Shown here: positions 19,001 through 28,166 of the stretch, piece after piece | Layout of the letters: every line of letters starts with the position of its first letter | How positions within the stretch are numbered: position 1 is the first letter of the stretch | Assembly (NCBI GenBank): GCA_022750155.1 | Contig: JAKIWG010000001.1 | Span: 81,138-145,137 of the forward strand | Direction of reading: 5' to 3' | DNA length: 64,000 nucleotides | From: Thermoplasmata archaeon | GTDB taxonomy: Archaea > Thermoplasmatota > Thermoplasmata > Lutacidiplasmatales > UBA184 | Position numbers and translations under genes: made by a program | Notes under the pieces: generated by a model | Seen by the model: only the letters and a program-made list of their open reading frames with translations | The model's database searches: none | Told to the model about the DNA's origin: nothing

Positions 19001-19927
19001 ATGGCGGTCTCCCCGGCCCCCAAGGAGTCTCGGGAGTTCCATTTCCGTCGATTGGGCAAGCCCGAGGAGTTCCGCGCCGTCGAGGAGGTCCAGCGGGAGG
19101 CGTGGGGGCTGGGGACGGAGCCCCCCGTTCCGGGGGCCGTGCAGCGGGCGGTGCAGGACAACGGCGGCCTGGTGCTCGGGGCGTTCGCGGACATCTACCT
19201 GGCCGGCTTCAGCCTGAGCTTCCTCGGCTGGGACGGGAGCGCGCTCTACCACCATTCCCACCTGACGGGGGTCCGCCCCGAGTACCAGAACCACCACGTG
19301 GGCCTGCGGCTCAAGTTGTTTCAGCGGGAGGAGGTCCTCCGCCAGGGACTGAGTCAGATCCGCTGGGCGTTCGACCCGCTGCAGAGTCGCAACGCCTACC
19401 TTTCGGTCCGACGGCTGGGAGGGATCCCCGACCGGTACTTCGTGCACTACTACGGCCAACTGGACTCCGATGTGGACCGGGGGACCGAGTCGGACCGGGT
19501 TCGGCTGGTCTGGGACCTCGCCTCCCCCCGCACGGAGTCCCGTCTCGCCGGTGGGGGGCCGAGCGCCGCCGAGGACGAGGCCCGCTGGCGCGACTCGGTG
19601 GCGGTCGTCGAAACGACCCTCGGGGAGTCGGGGATCCGGGTCCCGGCCGCGGTCGACGAGCCGACGGCCCCCCAGGTCCATCTCGAGATCCCCTTTGACC
19701 TGCAGCTCGTCCGGGAGCACGAGCCGAACTCGCTGAGGACCTGGAGGCACGCGACTCGGGATGCGTTTCGGGCGGCGTTCGATGCCGGATACGTCGTCGA
19801 CGACTTCGCCGTTGTAGCGGCCGAGCACGAGCGCCGGAGTTTCTACTTCCTACGCGCGCCGTCCGCCGGGGCCCCGAGGGGGGTCGAGCCGTCTCCGATC
19901 CCCGCTCCGAAGAACCTTCCCGGGTGA
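19001..19927 (+). CDS. GNAT family N-acyltransferase (amino-acid N-succinyltransferase-like)
   Basis: GGLVLGAF, HSHLTGVRPEYQ..VG.RLK..QR, WAFDPLQSRNA, YYG.L, SDR..L.W. Confidence 0.8.
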   Translation: MAVSPAPKESREFHFRRLGKPEEFRAVEEVQREAWGLGTEPPVPGAVQRAVQDNGGLVLGAFADIYLAGFSLSFLGWDGSALYHHSHLTGVRPEYQNHHVGLRLKLFQREEVLRQGLSQIRWAFDPLQSRNAYLSVRRLGGIPDRYFVHYYGQLDSDVDRGTESDRVRLVWDLASPRTESRLAGGGPSAAEDEARWRDSVAVVETTLGESGIRVPAAVDEPTAPQVHLEIPFDLQLVREHEPNSLRTWRHATRDAFRAAFDAGYVVDDFAVVAAEHERRSFYFLRAPSAGAPRGVEPSPIPAPKNLPG

Positions 19928-20009
19928 AGCGCGCACCGCGCCGCGAGTCGGGCCCGGTCGAAGGGCCGGCAGTTGAAAGCGGGATAAGCGGCAGGGTGGT
20001 CCACCCCAC

Positions 20010-20933
20010 ATGGCCGCCCGGATGCGATCGCTGCCTCCCTCCGCGGCGCTCGGCATCTTCCTCCTCGGGGCGGTCGCCTTCGGCGTGGCGGCGTCGTTCC
20101 TCGCCGGAGCCAGTCAGCCGTTCGAGGCTCAGGCGACGGCCGCGATGCCGGTCGGCTACGCGTATCTCGAGGTGGCTTCCGCGATCGTCCTGTTCGGCAT
20201 CATCGCTCGAGTCGTGTACGGGTTCGTCCAGGCGGTGCACCGCGGAACCTTGCCGATCCCCGGCCACACGATGGCGCTCCTTCTGACCATGTTCGGCATC
20301 GCGCTCGTTTTCCTCCTCCTGTTCCACCTTGTGGGGGGTGGGGGGACCGCAGCCCAGGGTAATCTGACCGCGCCGAACCACACCCAGCCCCCCCCGCCTC
20401 CCACGGGGGGGTCGACCTCCGCGTCGGGGAACTTCACCGGCGCCGGGGGCGTCAACCTCCCGGGCTGGGTGGTCTACTTGGGCCTTGGGGTGACGTCGAT
20501 CCTCGTGGTGGCGGTCGCGCTCCCGTATCTGATCGCCGCACGCCGTGAGCCCCCCTTCCCCCTCCCGCGCACCGGACCCACCCCCGAGGAGGTTCGCGCC
20601 GCCATTCGCCGAGCACTGGACGACCTCGACTCCCCCGCGCCGATGAGCGGGAATCGCCGGATCATCGCCGCGTATGCCGCGCTCCTGGAACGATTCGAGG
20701 AACGTCGCCCGAGGGGAGTGGATGGAGCGATCGAGACGATGACCCCACGCGACATCGAGCGGGTCTGCGTCGAACGGCTTCGGGTCTCCCCCCTCACCGC
20801 GCGCGAGCTCACGGACCTGTTCGAGGAGGCCCGGTACTCGAAGCACCAGCTGACCGAGACGGACGTAGAGCGGGCCCGACGGGCCCTTCGCAAGGCGCTT
20901 GACGACCTCGAGAGGACTCCGAGGTTGGGATGA
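20010..20933 (+). CDS. DUF4129 domain membrane protein
   Basis: N-terminal TMs; C-terminal IIAAY...TPR...LTDLFEEARYS.H. Confidence 0.8.
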   Translation: MAARMRSLPPSAALGIFLLGAVAFGVAASFLAGASQPFEAQATAAMPVGYAYLEVASAIVLFGIIARVVYGFVQAVHRGTLPIPGHTMALLLTMFGIALVFLLLFHLVGGGGTAAQGNLTAPNHTQPPPPPTGGSTSASGNFTGAGGVNLPGWVVYLGLGVTSILVVAVALPYLIAARREPPFPLPRTGPTPEEVRAAIRRALDDLDSPAPMSGNRRIIAAYAALLERFEERRPRGVDGAIETMTPRDIERVCVERLRVSPLTARELTDLFEEARYSKHQLTETDVERARRALRKALDDLERTPRLG

Positions 20934-21340
20934 TCCCCCGGTGGGTCGAGCTGCTCCTCTTCGCCACCGTCGCCCTTGGACTCCTGGTCGCATTCTGGGC
21001 CGGTCCGAACCTCGCCGCCGCCATTCCCGCCGCCGCGATCGCGTCCCTGGGGGCCGCGGCGTACGCGGGCCTGCTCCTCGAGGAGCGGGTCCGCCGGGTG
21101 CCGGCCCCGCTCCCGGTCCTGGGGGGGGATCCCGTCGTGGGCCTCCGGGAGTCGTTCCGATCCGGACCGATCGGTCGCCAATCGATCATCCAGCTGATCG
21201 CGACGATGGAGCGCAGCCTCGGCTCACGCGGGAGCGCGCCGATCACGCCCGCCGAGGAACTGCGTTTGTTGAACGGCTCGCGCGCGGAGTTCCGGACGTG
21301 GGTGGCCGGGCGGATCCAGCGGCTGGAGAGGGAGACGTGA
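20930..21340 (+). CDS. Small membrane protein of the MoxR/DUF58 cluster
   Basis: 2 TM plus helical tail; ATGA/GTGA coupling on both sides. Confidence 0.7.
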   Translation: MIPRWVELLLFATVALGLLVAFWAGPNLAAAIPAAAIASLGAAAYAGLLLEERVRRVPAPLPVLGGDPVVGLRESFRSGPIGRQSIIQLIATMERSLGSRGSAPITPAEELRLLNGSRAEFRTWVAGRIQRLERET

Positions 21341-22635
21341 ACCCCATCGGCCCCGTCTCGACCGCACGCCGGCTCTGGCGCCCGCTCGCCCTCTACCTGT
21401 ACGCCGCGAGCGGCCTGCTCGTCGCCGCGGCGTTCCTCGCCAAGTCGCCGGTACCGCTCTTCGCGGCGCTCCCGCTGCTCCTCGCCCCCGCGAGCGGCCT
21501 CGCACTTGCCCCCTCGAGCGCGCTGGGAGCCCGACTGACCTGGGCGGCGGAGGGGTCGGGGGCCGAGGTGACCCTGCGGGGGACGATCGCGGCGGAAGGT
21601 CGGGTCGACGTCCGAAGGCTCGAGGTGAGGTTCTACACCGTCGAGCCGCTCGAACCCGTCGCGCCCCCCAAGCTCGAGCTACGCGGCGGCGAGATCCGCT
21701 TTGAGGCGAAGTACCGGGCTCCCTACCCGTGCCTGCTCATCGTCCCGCGGCCCGACGTGCTATGGGTCGATCCGCTCGGCCTGCTCGAGGTGCCCGTCCG
21801 GGTGGCGGGGGACGCGCTGCGGGTGGAGCGGTTCCCACCGGAGGTCTCCAACATAGGACGAAGCCGCCTGGAACGTACCACGAGCGCACCCGGGGAGATC
21901 CGGTCGAGGGCGATCGGGCCGGCCGGCGAATTCTTTGCGGTGCGCACCGCCGCGCCGACCGACACCTATCGGCAGATCAACTGGTGGGCCACGGCCCGCG
22001 GCGGACGATTGCTCGCCAACGACTATCACCTGGAGCGCACCGGCGACCTGGTCATCCTGCTCGACCTCCGCCCGACGTCGCTCGGGCCGGAGAAGGACCG
22101 ACAGCTCCTCGCGGTCTCGCGCGCCGCGGCCCTCGGGATCGCGTCGAGCTTCTTGTCCCAGAAGGCCCGGGTCGGGCTGGGCCTGTTCGATGAGTTCCTG
22201 ACCGCGGTCCCCCTCGGCTCGGGCCGCCTCCAGCAGTTCCGCCTGCAGGTCGCCCTTCAGAAAGCCGAGATCGCCATTACCCCCGGGCCGGCCGAACGGC
22301 TGGGGGTCTCGATGCGCCGCTACTTCCCGCCGGGAGTGACCACCCTTCTCATCTCGCCCCTCGCCGACGAGGAGGGGCTTCTCGTCCTCCCCCACCTTCG
22401 CCGTCGGGGGTTCCCGGCGATCGTCCTCTCTCCGTCGCCCCTGCCGATGCTCTCCGCGAGCCCGTCCGACGATCGGGGGGAGGCGGCCCTCGCCGGGCGG
22501 CTCCTGAGAATCGTCCGGCGGGTCCGGGTCGGCGAAGGGTGGAGGGAGGCGTCCGTGATCGAGTGGGAAGATTACTGGTCGCTCGCGCCCCTCGTGGATT
22601 TTCTCGCCCGCCCGGTGCTCCGCAGGAACCGATGA
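21337..22635 (+). CDS. DUF58 (vWA-like) protein
   Basis: G.AGEFFAVR, D.YRQINW.ATAR, LVILLD.R, RVGL, LISPL.D; start re-called to GTG 21337. Confidence 0.88.
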   Translation: MNPIGPVSTARRLWRPLALYLYAASGLLVAAAFLAKSPVPLFAALPLLLAPASGLALAPSSALGARLTWAAEGSGAEVTLRGTIAAEGRVDVRRLEVRFYTVEPLEPVAPPKLELRGGEIRFEAKYRAPYPCLLIVPRPDVLWVDPLGLLEVPVRVAGDALRVERFPPEVSNIGRSRLERTTSAPGEIRSRAIGPAGEFFAVRTAAPTDTYRQINWWATARGGRLLANDYHLERTGDLVILLDLRPTSLGPEKDRQLLAVSRAAALGIASSFLSQKARVGLGLFDEFLTAVPLGSGRLQQFRLQVALQKAEIAITPGPAERLGVSMRRYFPPGVTTLLISPLADEEGLLVLPHLRRRGFPAIVLSPSPLPMLSASPSDDRGEAALAGRLLRIVRRVRVGEGWREASVIEWEDYWSLAPLVDFLARPVLRRNR

Positions 22636-23165
22636 ACGTCACGGTGGGCGCCGCCTCGTTGAACGTCCCACCCATTGAGAGAGCGGCCGCCTCCGCGGTC
22701 TTTTGGGTCGCCGGAGTGGCCCTCGCCGCGACCGACCCGAACGCCCCGTGGCTGAGGGCACTCCTCGTCGGAGCGATCCTCGGAGGCGCCGTCGCGCTCT
22801 CGTTCTGGCCGAGGCGGGAGCTACGTCTCCTTAGTCTCGCGCTGGCGGTGGTCGGGTTGGCCACGGGTGCGCTGGCGGCCCAGGTGAACCCCCTCTCCGG
22901 AATCCTCGCGGGGCTAGCAGGTCTCGCCCTGCTGTACTGGGCGACCTCGAGCGGGGAGGGCCGGGAGCGGGGCACCGGCGCCCTCGCCGGCCTCACCCTG
23001 CCGGGCCTCGCCACCGGTGTGGCCGTCGCCACCGGATTGCTGCTCCCCTCGACGCAAGAGCAGGTCGGGGCCGCCGCCGCCCTCGCCGTCGGGGTCTTCG
23101 TATACCTCGCCTTCATCCTCGCCCGCGCCGAGCCGGGTTCCGAGAGCGATGCGCCATCGCTTTGA
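22632..23165 (+). CDS. Hydrophobic membrane protein
   Basis: About 6 short hydrophobic segments; ATG overlaps the DUF58 stop. Confidence 0.7.
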   Translation: MNVTVGAASLNVPPIERAAASAVFWVAGVALAATDPNAPWLRALLVGAILGGAVALSFWPRRELRLLSLALAVVGLATGALAAQVNPLSGILAGLAGLALLYWATSSGEGRERGTGALAGLTLPGLATGVAVATGLLLPSTQEQVGAAAALAVGVFVYLAFILARAEPGSESDAPSL

Positions 23166-23178
23166 GCGCGGCGGCCCA

Positions 23179-23366
23179 TCCCGGCCCGACGGGGCCGGCT
23201 GGTCCCGTCCGAGCACCGACGAAGGGTCCCTCTTGACCGCACACGGACGGGTCGTCCGTTGGGATGACGTGAGGACAACCCCGGTGTCCGATAGCCCCGG
23301 CCGGGGTCAGGACGCTGAGAGGGCCGATCGGCCGCCTGGGACGCGCAACCGTTACGGCCGGGGGAT
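23179..23366 (-). ncRNA. Candidate structured non-coding RNA (family unrecognised)
   Basis: Five collinear nested helices plus apical hairpins in a 276-nt gap; G-U pairs favour the minus strand; TATATGTA box at 23399-23406. Confidence 0.4.
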
Positions 23367-23441
23367 AGCGGAGCGGCCGGCGCCCGCGGCCGGTCCGGTA
23401 CATATAGGCGACCTCGCTGGCCGGGCACGGAGGGCGACGCA

Positions 23442-24392
23442 GTGAACGGGGCCGAGGCGCGTGCACTCCTTGCACGGGTCCGCGAGGCGGTGCACACCGC
23501 CGTGGTCGGTCGGGACGCCGTGCTCGACCAGATCGCCGTCGGGCTCGTCGCCGACGGCCACCTGCTCCTCGAGGACCTGCCTGGACTCGGCAAGACGCTG
23601 ATGGCCCGATCGTTCGCCGCCGCCCTCGGCCTGACGTTCCACCGATTGCAGTTCACCGCCGACCTCCTTCCGCACGACATCACGGGGGGGGAGATGTACG
23701 ACGCGAAGAACAGCGAGTTCACCTTCCGTCCGGGGCCGCTGTTCACCCACCTGCTCCTCGCCGACGAGATCAACCGGGCCCCCCCGAAGGTCCAGTCCGC
23801 CCTCCTCGAGGCGATGCAGGAGTACCAGGTCACCAGCGAGCGGGGCACGTATCCGCTCGAGCGGCCGTTCCTCGTCCTGGCGACCCAGAACCCCCTCGAG
23901 CTCGAGGGGACCTACCCCCTCCCCGAGGCCCAGGTCGACCGGTTCCTCATGCGGCTGTCCGTCGGCTATCCCACGCGCGAGGAGGAGCGGACGATCCTCG
24001 AGCGGCGTCGGACGCGCAAGGTCGACGAGGTCACGATCCCGAAAGTGCTGGACCTCGAGCAGTTCCGGGGGATCCAGCAGGCCGCCGAGGATGTCGAGGT
24101 CGACCCGGCGCTCGAGGCGTACGCGGTCGACGTGGTGGCCGCCACCCGGGGGGACCCCCGGGTGGATGTCGGAGCCTCGCCGCGGGGATCCCTCGCCCTC
24201 CTGAAGCTCTCGAGAGCGCGTGCGCTCGTCGAGGGCCGGGATTTCGTCGTGCCCGACGACATGCGTTCCCTCGCCATTCCGGCGTTGGCCCATCGGGTGC
24301 TCGTCAAGCCCGAGCCGTGGATCCGCGGGGTCCGAGGGGCCCAGATCGTCCAGCAGGCGCTGGAGCGGATCCCCGTTCCCAAGGTCCCGTAA
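23442..24392 (+). CDS. moxR: MoxR family AAA+ ATPase
   Basis: LLEDLPGLGKT, RLQFTADLLP.DITG, LADEINRAPPKVQSALLEAMQE, TQNPLE.EGTYPLPEAQ.DRF, GASPR. Confidence 0.95.
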   Translation: MNGAEARALLARVREAVHTAVVGRDAVLDQIAVGLVADGHLLLEDLPGLGKTLMARSFAAALGLTFHRLQFTADLLPHDITGGEMYDAKNSEFTFRPGPLFTHLLLADEINRAPPKVQSALLEAMQEYQVTSERGTYPLERPFLVLATQNPLELEGTYPLPEAQVDRFLMRLSVGYPTREEERTILERRRTRKVDEVTIPKVLDLEQFRGIQQAAEDVEVDPALEAYAVDVVAATRGDPRVDVGASPRGSLALLKLSRARALVEGRDFVVPDDMRSLAIPALAHRVLVKPEPWIRGVRGAQIVQQALERIPVPKVP

Positions 24393-24482
24393 CCCTCTCG
24401 GCCGCCGAGTCGAACCACCGGGGACTCGCGGGCGCACCCCGGCCGAGCAAAGCGTTTTCAAGCCGGCTCCGGTCCTCGACCC

Positions 24483-25442
24483 GTGTCCGGGGCGGTGCCG
24501 GCCGTCGTCATCGCCGACCCGATCGACGCGTCGGCGGTGACGCGCCTCTCGCAGGGTCCGTGCCGCGTCGTCGATGCGACCCAGGGTGCCGAGGCCCTGA
24601 GCGCGGTGCTCCCGGGCGCCTGGGGGCTCATCGTCCGAAGCCGTACCAAGGTGACGGCCGAACTGATGTCGAAGGCACCCCAACTCGCGATCGTCGCCCG
24701 CGCCGGCGTCGGCGTGGACAACATCGACCTGGCGGCCGCCTCCGCCCGGAACGTTCGGGTGGTCAACGCCCCGACGGCGGCGACCGCGAGCGTCGCGGAA
24801 TTGACGATCGCCTTCTACCTGATGCTCGTGCGCGACCTCGCCCCCCAGGTCGCGGCGACGAAAACCGGTTCGTGGGTCCGGGGACAGAACCGCGGGGAGC
24901 TCGCGGGACGGACCGTCGGCTTCGTCGGGTACGGTCGGATCGCCCGCGAGGTCGCGCGGCGGGTGCGCCCGTTCGGGGTGACGACCATCGCCTACGACCC
25001 GTTCGTGACCTCGACCGGCGACGGAACGGAGCTGAAGGGCCTCGACGAGCTGCTGGGGGAGAGCGACATCGTGAGCCTTCACGCCGCCTCCACTCCGGAG
25101 AACCACCACCTCCTGAACGCCGCGCGGATCGAGCGGATGAAACGGGGCTCGTACGTCGTCAACGTCGCCCGAGGACCCCTCATCGACGAGGCCGCGCTCG
25201 AGGCGGCGCTCACGAGCGGTCAACTGGGTGGGGCCGCACTCGATGTCTTCGAGGTCGAACCGCCCCAGCGACCGTCGCTCCTCGCCCACCCGAAGGTCGT
25301 CGCGACGCCCCACATCGGCGCCTCCACCCACGAGGCGCAGGCGCGCGCCGGCACCCAGGTCGTCGATGAGGTGCTGCGCGCCCTCGCCGGCGAGCCCCTC
25401 CTCTCCCAGGTCAACCCCGAAGTCGGAGGAAAGAAACCGTGA
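24483..25442 (+). CDS. serA: D-3-phosphoglycerate dehydrogenase-like 2-hydroxyacid dehydrogenase (no ACT domain)
   Basis: RAGVGVDNID, SVAEL, GYGRIA, NVARG, LDVFEVEP, TPHIGAST.EAQ. Confidence 0.85.
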   Translation: MSGAVPAVVIADPIDASAVTRLSQGPCRVVDATQGAEALSAVLPGAWGLIVRSRTKVTAELMSKAPQLAIVARAGVGVDNIDLAAASARNVRVVNAPTAATASVAELTIAFYLMLVRDLAPQVAATKTGSWVRGQNRGELAGRTVGFVGYGRIAREVARRVRPFGVTTIAYDPFVTSTGDGTELKGLDELLGESDIVSLHAASTPENHHLLNAARIERMKRGSYVVNVARGPLIDEAALEAALTSGQLGGAALDVFEVEPPQRPSLLAHPKVVATPHIGASTHEAQARAGTQVVDEVLRALAGEPLLSQVNPEVGGKKP

Positions 25443-26575
25443 CGTTCGACCCCGAGACCGCGACGTTCCTGATCGCCGGACCGGTCCGCATCCACCCGAG
25501 GGTCCTGCGGGCGATGAGCATGTCCTCGCTCAACCACCGCGGGGAGTACTTCCACGGGGTCGTGGGGGAGATCCGCGAGATGCTCCCCACCCTGTTCGGG
25601 ACGAAGGGGACCCAGGTGATCCTGACGGGGAGCGGCAGCTCTGGCCTGGAGGCCGTCTACTCCTCGCTCGTCCGCAAGGGGGAGCGAACGCTCGTCCTCT
25701 GCAACGGCAACTTCGGGGAGAGGTCCGACCAGATCGTGCGAAGGTACGGTGACCCCGTCACGACCCTCACCGCCCCGTGGGGCCAGCACATCGCGGTCGA
25801 CGCCGCCCAGGCCGAGCTGGAGAAGGGCGACGTCCGCGCCGTCTGCGTCGTCCACAACGAGACGAGCGTGGGCCTGCAGAACGATCTGGCCCGACTCGCC
25901 CCGGCCGTCCGGAAATCCGGGGCGCTGTTCCTGGTCGACGGGATCTCGGCCGTCGCGGGGATCCCGTGCCCGATCCAATCCTGGGGGATCGACGCCCTCG
26001 TCGCCGGGAGCCAGAAGGGGCTCGCGGCCCCCGCCGGCCTCGCCATGGTGCACCTCTCCGATCGCGCCGTGAAGGAGCTGCGCCCGGGGACGTTCTACCT
26101 CGACCTCGTCGAGCACATCAAGGCCCTCGAGAAGAACGACACGCCGTGGACCCCCGCGGTCCCGCTGTTCCTCGCGCTCCGCGAGGCCCTCCTGCTCCTG
26201 AAGGAGGAGGGGCTCGAGGGGCGGCTCACGCGGACCCACGAGCTCGCGGTCGCGACGCGGGCGGCGGTGGCCGCGACGGGACTTTCGCTCTTCCCCGACC
26301 CGCGGTTCGCCTCCGACACCGTCACCGCGATCCGCAATCCGGACGGGATGGACGACTCCCAGGTCCGCAAGGCGCTCCTCGACACCTACAACGTCGCGGT
26401 GCAGGGGGGCCAGGGCGCGCTCAAGGGGAAGATCTTCCGGATCGGCCACATGGGGATCGCCGGATGGCCGGACCTGCTGGCCGCCTTCGCGGCCCTCGAC
26501 CGGATCCTGGCCAAGGCCGGCCGGTTGCCCCACGCCGGCGCCGGCGTCGCCGCGATCGAAGCGGGGATGCCGTAG
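25439..26575 (+). CDS. Class V PLP aminotransferase (serine-pyruvate/phosphoserine aminotransferase-like)
   Basis: HNETS.G, VDGIS, GSQKGL (PLP Lys), TPWTP, FRIGHMG; GTGA-coupled to serA. Confidence 0.9.
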   Translation: MTFDPETATFLIAGPVRIHPRVLRAMSMSSLNHRGEYFHGVVGEIREMLPTLFGTKGTQVILTGSGSSGLEAVYSSLVRKGERTLVLCNGNFGERSDQIVRRYGDPVTTLTAPWGQHIAVDAAQAELEKGDVRAVCVVHNETSVGLQNDLARLAPAVRKSGALFLVDGISAVAGIPCPIQSWGIDALVAGSQKGLAAPAGLAMVHLSDRAVKELRPGTFYLDLVEHIKALEKNDTPWTPAVPLFLALREALLLLKEEGLEGRLTRTHELAVATRAAVAATGLSLFPDPRFASDTVTAIRNPDGMDDSQVRKALLDTYNVAVQGGQGALKGKIFRIGHMGIAGWPDLLAAFAALDRILAKAGRLPHAGAGVAAIEAGMP

Positions 26576-26607
26576 GCGGCCCGAGCGTGCGGGCGCCGAC
26601 CCGTCCC

Positions 26608-27042
26608 CTAGATGTCCAAGATCACCCGGGCCCTTGGCGGGTCGAGGGAGATAGAGAGCCGGTGCAGCGTAACGGCCTTCACCTCCATGTGGCGGGAATG
26701 GCGTAGACCATCGAACGGCTCCCCGGTCAGCGTCGCGGTCAGGGACCGCGGAGGGGACCCGGTCAGACGGATCGTTACCTCCCGTACGAGGAACCCCTCC
26801 GAGTCATGGAGGACCACGAGCTCGCTCAGGAACGCGACCACGAGGGAGGCGGGGTCTCGCCCGGCGGCGCGCACGGTCCTGTGGCCCGTCGGACGGATCG
26901 ACCGCCGGTCGGTCATCCGGGCGAACAGGGCGAGCCCGAGGGCCTCGAACAGGCCCGCCGGGGTCCGGGCCGAAGCCCACAGGCCGACGTCGGCCGTCGT
27001 CCCGAAGCTGCCGTAACGTCGGCCGATACGGTCGCTTCCCAC
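26608..27042 (-). CDS. Archease
   Basis: TADVG, L..FL.EL, GEPFD, EVKAVT.H, VILDI C-terminus; start re-called to GTG 27042. Confidence 0.88.
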   Translation of the reverse strand: MGSDRIGRRYGSFGTTADVGLWASARTPAGLFEALGLALFARMTDRRSIRPTGHRTVRAAGRDPASLVVAFLSELVVLHDSEGFLVREVTIRLTGSPPRSLTATLTGEPFDGLRHSRHMEVKAVTLHRLSISLDPPRARVILDI

Positions 27043-27117
27043 CGACCGTACTCCCTCCGCGAGCCACCGAGGAAAGGGGCGGTGAGGCTTAAGCGATTGA
27101 CGCTCTCCGGATAGGGT

Positions 27118-27906
27118 ATGCGCGGCTCCCTCGTCGTCCCCACCCTCAACGAGGCCGCCTCCGTCGGCCACGTGCTCGACTCGTTCCGGGCGGCCGCGGA
27201 CCAGGCCAACACGAGCCTGTTCCCCCGCGATCCGGTGGAGTGGGAGATGATCGTGGTGGACGGGGCCTCCACCGACGGGACGGCGGAGATCGCCCGGAAG
27301 GCCGGGGCGCGGGTCGTGACCGAGCTCCGGAAGGGGTACGGCCGCGCGTACCTCACCGGGTTCGCCGAGGCGACCGGCGACGTCATCGCGACCCTGGACG
27401 GCGACGCCACGTATCCGGTCGAGGACGTCCCGAGGTTCGTCCAGATGCTCCTGCAGGAGAACCTCGACTTCATCACGTGCAACCGGCTTGCCTACCTCGA
27501 CCGCAGGGCGATGACCACGGAGCACCGGATCGGCAACTGGGTGCTCAACTGGTTCCTGTCCATCGGCTACGCCGCCTACCTGAAGGGCGCGCCGGGCGGG
27601 ACGATCGCCGACAGCCAGAGCGGGATGTGGGTCTTCCGGCGTACCGTGCTCGACAAGGTCGCCCTCACCCAGGAGGGGATGGCGTTCAGCGAGGAGCTCA
27701 AGATCGAGGTGCTGGCCCACGGGCTACGGATGCGGGAGGTCCCGATCCGCTACGCCGAGCGCTGGGGGGCCCCGAAGCTCTCGAGCTGGCGGGACGGCCG
27801 CAAGAACCTGTTCTTCCTGATCCGCAAGCGCCTCGACATGGCCCGCGAAAAGCAGGTCCGCCATACCCTGAACCTCGGTCGCCACTCCGAACCGGCCCCC
27901 CGCTGA
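27118..27906 (+). CDS. Glycosyltransferase family 2 (polyprenol-phosphate glycosyltransferase-like)
   Basis: VVPTLNEA, VVDGASTDGT, KGYG.A, LDGD.TY, DSQSGM, EVPI.Y..R.G..KL. Confidence 0.92.
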   Translation: MRGSLVVPTLNEAASVGHVLDSFRAAADQANTSLFPRDPVEWEMIVVDGASTDGTAEIARKAGARVVTELRKGYGRAYLTGFAEATGDVIATLDGDATYPVEDVPRFVQMLLQENLDFITCNRLAYLDRRAMTTEHRIGNWVLNWFLSIGYAAYLKGAPGGTIADSQSGMWVFRRTVLDKVALTQEGMAFSEELKIEVLAHGLRMREVPIRYAERWGAPKLSSWRDGRKNLFFLIRKRLDMAREKQVRHTLNLGRHSEPAPR

Positions 27907-27926
27907 GAGCGCGGGTCCGCCCGGGA

Positions 27927-28079
27927 CTACTGGGTCTTCCCCGCCCGCTCCTTCGACTTGGGGCGGAGCCCGTGGTACCCGCACTTCCGGCACTGCACGG
28001 CCTTCGGCGGGTTGCGCGCCGAGCAGTTCATGCAGACCTTCTTCAGAAGGAGCCGGTTCACGGCCTCGGGGAACGGCAT
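27927..28079 (-). CDS. rpl40e: 50S ribosomal protein L40e (missing from the ORF track)
   Basis: Translated by hand: [56 protein letters not shown] box about 28 nt upstream. Confidence 0.95.
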   Translation of the reverse strand: MPFPEAVNRLLLKKVCMNCSARNPPKAVQCRKCGYHGLRPKSKERAGKTQ

Positions 28080-28166
28080 GGGTGGCCCGCGCCACCCCCC
28101 TTGCCGTATAAAGCGTCCCGGAGGCGGCCGGTCGGGCTATCCTTTCCCGGCGCCTGCACCGCGCCG

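Noticed and set aside
23303..23375. GGGGT...GCTGAGA, the start of a TPP riboswitch motif
   Set aside because: The pyrophosphate-sensing half (ACCTGA...TAATGC...GCG.AGG) is absent and the downstream gene is not thiamine-related.
23149..23445. Plus-strand ORF filling the gap before moxR and ending in a GTGA overlap
   Set aside because: R/G/P-rich with no recognisable motif, and it runs through a TATA-like box; not called, though not formally excluded.
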